Below are positions 58,279-64,000 of a stretch of DNA of 64,000 bases, piece after piece. The position numbers and the translations under genes are program-made. The stretch lies in NCBI GenBank assembly GCA_049323435.1, contig JBMOMX010000032.1, positions 18,555-82,554 of the forward strand. Reading direction: 5' to 3'. How positions within the stretch are numbered: position 1 is the stretch's first letter; every line of letters begins with the position of its first letter. This DNA is from Pseudomonadota bacterium (lineage in GTDB: Bacteria > Pseudomonadota > Alphaproteobacteria > UBA11222). The notes beneath the pieces were generated by a model. It saw only the letters and a list, made by a program, of their open reading frames with translations, had not been told where the DNA came from and searched no databases.

Positions 58279-59613
58279 CTACAAAATAAATTTCGACAGG
58301 TCGCGGTTCCGCGCCAGATCGCCAATGTGTTTTTCGACATAGGCCGCGTCGATGACGAGCCGCTCGCCCTCTCTGTCGGTGGCGGCGAAGCTGATCTCGT
58401 CAAGGATACGCTCCATCACGGTATGCAGACGCCGCGCGCCGATATTTTCGACATTGCTGTTGATCTCGACCGCGATATCGGCAATAGCGTCGATGCCGTC
58501 CTCGCTGAAGGACAGTTGCACCTGTTCGGTCGCCATCAGCGCGATATATTGCTTAATTAGGCTGGCTTCGGGTTCGGTCAGGATGCGGCGGATATCCTCG
58601 CGGCTGAGCGGTTTCAGTTCCACGCGAATGGGCAGGCGCCCCTGCAATTCCGGCAGCAGATCGGACGGTTTGGCGATGTGAAACGCGCCGGATGCGATGA
58701 ACAGAATATGGTCTGTGCGCACCGGGCCGTGCTTGGTGCTGACACTGGTGCCCTCGATCAGCGGCAGCAGATCGCGCTGCACGCCTTCGCGCGAAACATC
58801 CGCACCCTGACGTTCGGACCGGGCGCAGATCTTGTCGATCTCGTCCAGAAACACGATGCCGTTATTTTCCACCGCGCTGACAGCCTCGCGGACCAGCTGA
58901 TCCTGATCCAGCAGCTTGTCGCTTTCTTCCGCGATTAGCACCGCATAGGAATCCTTCACCAGCATGCGCTTTTCGGTGGTCTGTCCGCCGCCCATGGCCT
59001 TGCCCAGCATGTCGCCGATATTGATCATGCCAATATTGGCGCCGGGCATGCCGGGGATTTCAAAACTGGGAAATCCGCCGCCGCCGGCGCTGACGCGAAT
59101 GGCGATTTCCTTGTCATCCAGATCGCCCGCATGCAGCCGCTTGCGGAAACTTTCGCGGGTGGCGGCGCTGGCATTTTCACCCACCAGCCCGTCCAGCACC
59201 CGTTCCTCGGCGGCAAGATGGGCGCGGGCCTCAACTTCTTTGCGCCGGCGCGTGCGCACCAGGGTGATGGCGACCTCCACCAGATCGCGGATGATCTGTT
59301 CGACATCGCGCCCGACATAGCCAACCTCGGTGAATTTGGTGGCTTCGATCTTGATGAACGGGGCCTGCGCCAGTTTGGCCAGACGCCGTGAAATTTCGGT
59401 CTTGCCGACACCGGTCGGCCCGATCATCAGAATATTTTTCGGCAGCACTTCCTCGCGCAGTTCCGCTGGTAATTGCTGGCGGCGCCAGCGGTTGCGCAGC
59501 GCAATGGCGACGGCCCGCTTGGCGTCATTCTGGCCGACAATATAGCGGTCCAGTTCCGAGACGATCTCACGCGGCGTAAATGCCGATCCAGATTCAATGC
59601 CAAGCGCATCCAT
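58279..59613 (-). CDS. hslU: ATP-dependent protease ATPase subunit HslU
   Basis: Start at [28 protein letters not shown]. Walker [13 protein letters not shown]. The track ORF has a 60-codon over-extension. Confidence 0.95.
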   Translation of the reverse strand: MDALGIESGSAFTPREIVSELDRYIVGQNDAKRAVAIALRNRWRRQQLPAELREEVLPKNILMIGPTGVGKTEISRRLAKLAQAPFIKIEATKFTEVGYVGRDVEQIIRDLVEVAITLVRTRRRKEVEARAHLAAEERVLDGLVGENASAATRESFRKRLHAGDLDDKEIAIRVSAGGGGFPSFEIPGMPGANIGMINIGDMLGKAMGGGQTTEKRMLVKDSYAVLIAEESDKLLDQDQLVREAVSAVENNGIVFLDEIDKICARSERQGADVSREGVQRDLLPLIEGTSVSTKHGPVRTDHILFIASGAFHIAKPSDLLPELQGRLPIRVELKPLSREDIRRILTEPEASLIKQYIALMATEQVQLSFSEDGIDAIADIAVEINSNVENIGARRLHTVMERILDEISFAATDREGERLVIDAAYVEKHIGDLARNRDLSKFIL

Positions 59614-59614
59614 A

Positions 59615-60187
59615 TTATTTACCGGCCAGTTTGGGGAGGGTTTCAAGGGTGATGCTGGAATTAGTGTAGATACAGATCTGTGCGGCAATCGCCATTGAAC
59701 GGCGCACAATTTCCTCGGCCGGCAGGTCCATATCCAGCAGCGCCAGCGCCGCCGCCTGGGCATAGGCCCCGCCGGAGCCAATGCCCACCACACCTCGTTC
59801 CGGTTCCAGAACGTCTCCGGTGCCGGTCAGCACCAGGCTGACATCCGCGTCGGCGACGATCATCATGGCTTCCAGACGGCGTAAATAGCGGTCCATGCGC
59901 CAATCCTTGGCCATTTCCACCGCGGCGCGGGTCAATTGGCCAGGAAATTGCTCCAATTTGCCTTCCAGACGCTCAAACAGGGTCATGGCATCGGCAGTGG
60001 CGCCCGCAAAACCCGCAATCACCCCGCCCGCGCCCAGCGGCCGCACCTTGCGGGCATTGGATTTGATGACAATATTGCCAAGGGTGACCTGGCCATCCCC
60101 GGCAATGGCGACCAGGCCGTTCTTGCGCACCGACAGGATGGTGGTGCCGTGCCAGCCGGTGGGGTCGGCCTGTCTGGGGTGGGTCAT
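59615..60187 (-). CDS. hslV: ATP-dependent protease subunit HslV
   Basis: 190 aa; N-terminal ...HGTTILSVR (catalytic Thr after processing). Immediately upstream of hslU. Confidence 0.9.
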   Translation of the reverse strand: MTHPRQADPTGWHGTTILSVRKNGLVAIAGDGQVTLGNIVIKSNARKVRPLGAGGVIAGFAGATADAMTLFERLEGKLEQFPGQLTRAAVEMAKDWRMDRYLRRLEAMMIVADADVSLVLTGTGDVLEPERGVVGIGSGGAYAQAAALALLDMDLPAEEIVRRSMAIAAQICIYTNSSITLETLPKLAGK

Positions 60188-60307
60188 GGAGAAAATAATC
60201 CGGTTTTGTTAATGCAGTGCTGACATAACCTTGCAAGCGGCATTGTACAATAGCCTGCAACACCTGCTAAAAGGACGCCGCACCCATCAAGCCGTCAGGA
60301 GACATAT

Positions 60308-60907
60308 ATGCGTACCGCCAGCGTTGCGCGCAAGACCAAGGAAACCCAGATCGCGGTGACCGTCAATCTGGACGGGACCGGGCGCTATAATGTGGCCACC
60401 GGCATCGGCTTTCTGGATCATATGCTGGAACAGCTTTCGCGCCATTCCCTGATCGATATGGAAGTGCAGGCCACGGGCGATCTGCATATTGATTTTCACC
60501 ACACCACGGAAGATACCGGCATCGCCATTGGCGAAGCGGTGGCAAAGGCGCTGGGCGCGCGGCTGGGCATCCGGCGCTATGGCGCGGCTGTCATTCCGAT
60601 GGATGAAACCTGCACCGAAGTATCGCTGGATCTGTCCAACCGGCCGTATCTGGTCTGGAAAGTGGCGTTCTCTAGGCCCAAATTGGGGGAAATGGATACG
60701 GAATTGTTTAAGGAATGGTTCCAGGCCTTTGCCTTTGCTGCAGGCGCGACGCTGCATGTGGAAAACCGCTATGGCGAGAATAATCACCATATTGTGGAAT
60801 CCTGTTACAAGGGTCTGGCGCGGGCATTGCGCGCGGCTGTCGAAATTGACCCGCGCAGCGACGCCACCGCCCCGTCCACCAAAGGCACTTTAAGCGGCAG
60901 CCTTTGA
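60308..60907 (+). CDS. hisB: imidazoleglycerol-phosphate dehydratase
   Basis: 199 aa; RKTKETQI...GIGFLDHML...DxHHxxED motifs. Confidence 0.9.
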   Translation: MRTASVARKTKETQIAVTVNLDGTGRYNVATGIGFLDHMLEQLSRHSLIDMEVQATGDLHIDFHHTTEDTGIAIGEAVAKALGARLGIRRYGAAVIPMDETCTEVSLDLSNRPYLVWKVAFSRPKLGEMDTELFKEWFQAFAFAAGATLHVENRYGENNHHIVESCYKGLARALRAAVEIDPRSDATAPSTKGTLSGSL

Positions 60908-61422
60908 TGCGGATCTATTCCATATTTGAGCCTGCAAGCGGCCCCGCCCGCCCGGACGATCCGCGCAGCGTGATTTTCCTGAAAGAGGGATTTAGCTGGC
61001 CCGCGCTGCTGGTCCCATTGCTGTGGCTGCTTTATCACCGCATGTGGATGCTGGCGGCTGCCTATATTGGCGTGTCACTGCTGGTGTCACTGCCCGGTTA
61101 CTGGCTGGGCCCGCAAGGTGTGGCCGCCGCCCTGATCGGGCTGGGTTCCGGACAGATTATGGCCTGCGAAGCGAATGGCTTGCGGCGCTGGCATCTGTCG
61201 CGCAACGGCTACCGCCAGGTGGCCACTATTGCTGCGCCGGATCTGCCGGAGGCCGAGCTGCGTTATTTTTCCGCACGCCCGGCCGCAGCGCCCGCACCTG
61301 CACCCGCAGCATCCATGCGTTTGATGCCAGGCGCAGAGCGCCGCCAGTCAGCGGGCGGTTGGGGTTTCATGCCTGTCCGCCCTGGCCCTGGTGCAGGCGG
61401 AGCGCCGGAAACACGCACATGA
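60904..61422 (+). CDS. DUF2628-like small membrane protein (conserved hisB-hisH spacer gene of alphaproteobacteria)
   Basis: 172 aa; two TM helices and a Pro/Ala-rich tail. Start and stop overlap the flanking his genes. Confidence 0.55.
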   Translation: MMRIYSIFEPASGPARPDDPRSVIFLKEGFSWPALLVPLLWLLYHRMWMLAAAYIGVSLLVSLPGYWLGPQGVAAALIGLGSGQIMACEANGLRRWHLSRNGYRQVATIAAPDLPEAELRYFSARPAAAPAPAPAASMRLMPGAERRQSAGGWGFMPVRPGPGAGGAPETRT

Positions 61423-62066
61423 ATCTGGTTATTATCAATTATGGCTCCGGCAATCTGCGCTCGGTCGCCAAGGCCTTTGAGCGCGCCAGTTTGGACAGCG
61501 GCTGGCATGGCCGCATTCTGGTCAGTGATAAAGCGCGGGAAGTGCAGGACGCCGATTATATTGTATTGCCCGGCGTGGGCGCATATGGCGATTGTGCGCG
61601 CGGGCTTCAGTCTGTTGCTGGAATGCAGGACGCGCTAGGCCGCGCCGTGCAGGAAAAGCAGCGTCCGTTTCTGGGTATTTGCGTGGGCATGCAGCTTATG
61701 GCGGATCGCGGCCTGGAACATGGCCTGCATAAGGGGCTTGGCTGGATAGCGGGCGAAGCGCGCCTGCTGGCGCCCTCTGATCCGGGCCTGAAAATTCCGC
61801 ATATGGGCTGGAACAGTCTTATGCTACAGGCGCCAGGGCGCGCGCATCCAGCGCTGCAAGGCATGGATGCGGCGGAATGTTATTTTCTGCATTCCTACGA
61901 ATTTGTTGCGCGTCAAAGCGAGGATATTCTGGCGCTGAGTGATTATGGCGGGCCGGTTGTGGCGGTTGTAGGGCGCAAGAATATGCTGGGCGTGCAGTTT
62001 CACCCGGAAAAAAGTCAGGCGTCCGGGTTGCGTCTGCTGGCGAATTTCCTGCACTGGAAACCATAA
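61419..62066 (+). CDS. hisH: imidazole glycerol phosphate synthase, glutamine amidotransferase subunit
   Basis: Track ORF 61023..62066 is over-extended. The ATG at 61419 gives [16 protein letters not shown], a class I GATase with catalytic Cys (GICVGMQ) and HPE (QFHPEKS). Confidence 0.85.
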   Translation: MNLVIINYGSGNLRSVAKAFERASLDSGWHGRILVSDKAREVQDADYIVLPGVGAYGDCARGLQSVAGMQDALGRAVQEKQRPFLGICVGMQLMADRGLEHGLHKGLGWIAGEARLLAPSDPGLKIPHMGWNSLMLQAPGRAHPALQGMDAAECYFLHSYEFVARQSEDILALSDYGGPVVAVVGRKNMLGVQFHPEKSQASGLRLLANFLHWKP

Positions 62067-62194
62067 ATCATGACGCAATCAGCTCAAACCGTCCGGGCGC
62101 GCCTTGATGTCATTCCCCGGCCTGTGCGGTTAGTGTCATTGCGAGAATTAGATGTAATCGAATCTGATTGGCTCACATGCTGGGATAAAATCAA

Positions 62195-62758
62195 ATGACA
62201 GAAGACAGCGCCCGGGATGCTTTGAAAGCCACCCGCATCGAAGAGATCGAAAGCTTTGCCGGCAATGATCTGGCGGAACTGTGCGATCTGGCCACAGATG
62301 CAATTGTCGATGGGGACGGTTTTCTGTGGATAAAGCCGCCGCCGGTGCGGATTCTGGAAAATTACTGGAACGGGGTTTTGCTGGTGCCCGAGCGCACCTT
62401 GTTTCTGGCGCGGCTGGATGGCCGCATTGCCGGTACAGCGCAATTATTGCGCCCATCCGTCAATAATGAATCCGGGGCCTTTGCGGCGCAGATCACGACT
62501 TTCATCATAGCGCCCTGGGCGCGCCGGCATGGTCTGGGGCGGGAACTGATGCTGCAATTGCAGGAGGTGGCGAAAGCCCGGAACTACACCACGCTCGATC
62601 TTGATGTGCGCGCCGACCGCACCGCGGCGATACGCCTGTTCGAAGGTCTTGGTTTTGAACGATGGGGCGTCAAGCAGCGCTATGCGCGCATTCACGGGCG
62701 CTATCTCAGCGGTTATTATTACAGCAAATATCTGGATACGGACGGCGCTGCGGCATGA
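62195..62758 (+). CDS. GNAT family N-acetyltransferase
   Basis: 187 aa; acetyl-CoA-binding motif region [10 protein letters not shown]. Inserted between hisH and hisA; its stop overlaps the hisA start (ATGA). Confidence 0.7.
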   Translation: MTEDSARDALKATRIEEIESFAGNDLAELCDLATDAIVDGDGFLWIKPPPVRILENYWNGVLLVPERTLFLARLDGRIAGTAQLLRPSVNNESGAFAAQITTFIIAPWARRHGLGRELMLQLQEVAKARNYTTLDLDVRADRTAAIRLFEGLGFERWGVKQRYARIHGRYLSGYYYSKYLDTDGAAA

Positions 62759-63480
62759 TTTTATTTCCTGCGATAGATTTGAAGGATGGCGCCTGTGTGC
62801 GCCTGCTGCGCGGCGATATGCATGCCGTAACCAAATTCAATGACGATCCGGCCGCCCAGGCCCTGACATTCGAACGTCAGGGCTTTTCATGGCTGCATCT
62901 GGTCGATCTGAATGGCGCCTTTGCAGGAAGGCCGGTCAATGGCGCCAGCGTGTCGGCGATTTTGGCGGCGGTGAAAATCCCGGTGCAACTGGGTGGCGGC
63001 ATCCGCGATCTGGCAACCATTGAAGACTGGCTGGAACGCGGTATCCGCCGGGTCATTCTTGGCACCGCAGCCGTGCGCAATCCGGATCTGGTGCGCGCCG
63101 CCTGCCGCGCTTTTCCAGGCTGCATAGCTGTCGGCATTGATGCGCGCGGCGGCAAGGTTGCGGTTGAAGGCTGGGCCGAGGCCACGGAAATATCCGTACA
63201 CGAACTGGCGGCGCAATTTGAAGACGCCGGCGTAAGCGCGATCATCTATACCGATATTGACCGTGATGGCGCAATGCAGGGCGTCAATATTCCAGCCACG
63301 GTGGCGCTGGCGCGGGCGGTGAAAATTCCTGTTATCGCCAGCGGCGGCGTGTCCTCGCTGGATGATCTGCATGCCTTGAAGGCTGCCGCCTGCCCGGGCA
63401 TTGAAGGGGTTATCTCGGGGCGCGCGCTTTATGACGGGCGGCTGGATCCGGCCGCTGCGCTAAAGGTGCTGGCATGCTGA
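62755..63480 (+). CDS. hisA: 1-(5-phosphoribosyl)-5-[(5-phosphoribosylamino)methylideneamino]imidazole-4-carboxamide isomerase
   Basis: Start at [12 protein letters not shown] and (beta/alpha)8 HisA architecture. The track ORF 62662..63480 has an extension. Confidence 0.85.
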   Translation: MILFPAIDLKDGACVRLLRGDMHAVTKFNDDPAAQALTFERQGFSWLHLVDLNGAFAGRPVNGASVSAILAAVKIPVQLGGGIRDLATIEDWLERGIRRVILGTAAVRNPDLVRAACRAFPGCIAVGIDARGGKVAVEGWAEATEISVHELAAQFEDAGVSAIIYTDIDRDGAMQGVNIPATVALARAVKIPVIASGGVSSLDDLHALKAAACPGIEGVISGRALYDGRLDPAAALKVLAC

Positions 63481-64000
63481 AAGTGCGCATCATTCCCTGT
63501 CTGGATGTCGATAAGGGCCGGGTGGTCAAGGGAATTTCCTTCGTCAATCTTGTGGATGCAGGCGATCCGGTGGAACAGGCGCGCCGCTATGACGCCGAGG
63601 GCGCGGATGAATTGTGCTTTCTCGATATTACCGCCTCGCATGAGGCGCGCGATACGCTCTATGACATTGTGGCGCAGACGGCCTCACAATGTTTCATGCC
63701 GCTGACGGTGGGCGGCGGTGTGCGCAAGGTGGAAGATGTGCGGTATCTGCTGCTGGCTGGCGCGGACAAGGTGGCGATCAATACAGCGGCGGTGTCGCGG
63801 CGCGAACTGGTCAGCGAGGCGGCGGAAAAATTCGGCAGTCAATGCATTGTTGTGGCCATCGACGCCAAGCAGGTCCGGCCCGGAAAATGGGAAATCTGGA
63901 CGCATGGCGGGCGCACGCCAACCGGCATTGACGCAATTGAATATGCGCGCGACGTGGTGCGGCTTGGCGCGGGCGAAATTCTGCTGACCTCGATGGACCG
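63474..64000 (+). CDS. hisF: imidazole glycerol phosphate synthase cyclase subunit (5' partial, runs off the window end)
   Basis: ATG at 63474 overlapping the hisA stop; the sequence translates to [20 protein letters not shown]... Not in the ORF track because there is no stop within the window. Confidence 0.8.
   Translation, partial: MLKVRIIPCLDVDKGRVVKGISFVNLVDAGDPVEQARRYDAEGADELCFLDITASHEARDTLYDIVAQTASQCFMPLTVGGGVRKVEDVRYLLLAGADKVAINTAAVSRRELVSEAAEKFGSQCIVVAIDAKQVRPGKWEIWTHGGRTPTGIDAIEYARDVVRLGAGEILLTSMD

Noticed and set aside
61023-61418. N-terminal extension of hisH (track ORF 61023..62066) and extension of hisA (62662..62754)
   Set aside because: The extensions overlap DUF2628 and the GNAT gene. 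Canonical HisH (MNLVIINYG) and HisA (MILFPAIDL) starts lie at the operon junction ATGs.

Overview
This window looks like the origin-proximal region of an alphaproteobacterial chromosome with moderately high GC. Gene content and order are classic: leuS-lptE-holA, parB-parA-rsmG-mnmG-mnmE with two perfect parS sites, rho-hemJ-hemH-hemE, then a 336-bp intergenic stretch with DnaA-box-like 9-mers and an AT-rich tract that I call the putative oriC. To the right of it lie DUF299, aroE, coaE, dnaQ, secB, a Tim44-like gene, mltA, smr, hslVU and hisB-hisH-hisA-hisF. Several things stand out against this backbone. (1) A 12.6-kb block at the left end is made almost entirely of tandem paralog arrays on one strand: three CMD/AhpD-like genes (the third carries a signal peptide), five SDRs (four of them a LigD-like tandem array with a duplicated leader), one HIBADH-like dehydrogenase, three MFS transporters and two ABM monooxygenases. 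This is the best candidate here for an uncharacterised catabolic or detoxification system. (2) A sulfotransferase-cysD-cysNC operon resembling nodH-nodPQ sits beside a porin gene. (3) holA carries an in-frame D/H/I/G-rich minisatellite insertion of about 360 bp. (4) Two AT-rich, foreign-looking single-gene insertions occur near the origin: an AAA+ (AAA_14/DUF4143-type) ATPase translationally coupled into coaE-dnaQ, and a class II Fic protein flanked by a 10-bp direct repeat that duplicates the lutA start. (5) Three short palindromic repeat families (REP/MITE-like) are present, one with inverted copies about 24 kb apart that bracket the par/mnm/rho genes. All calls come from reading the sequence and the supplied ORF track; family assignments rest on motifs I recall, not on database searches.
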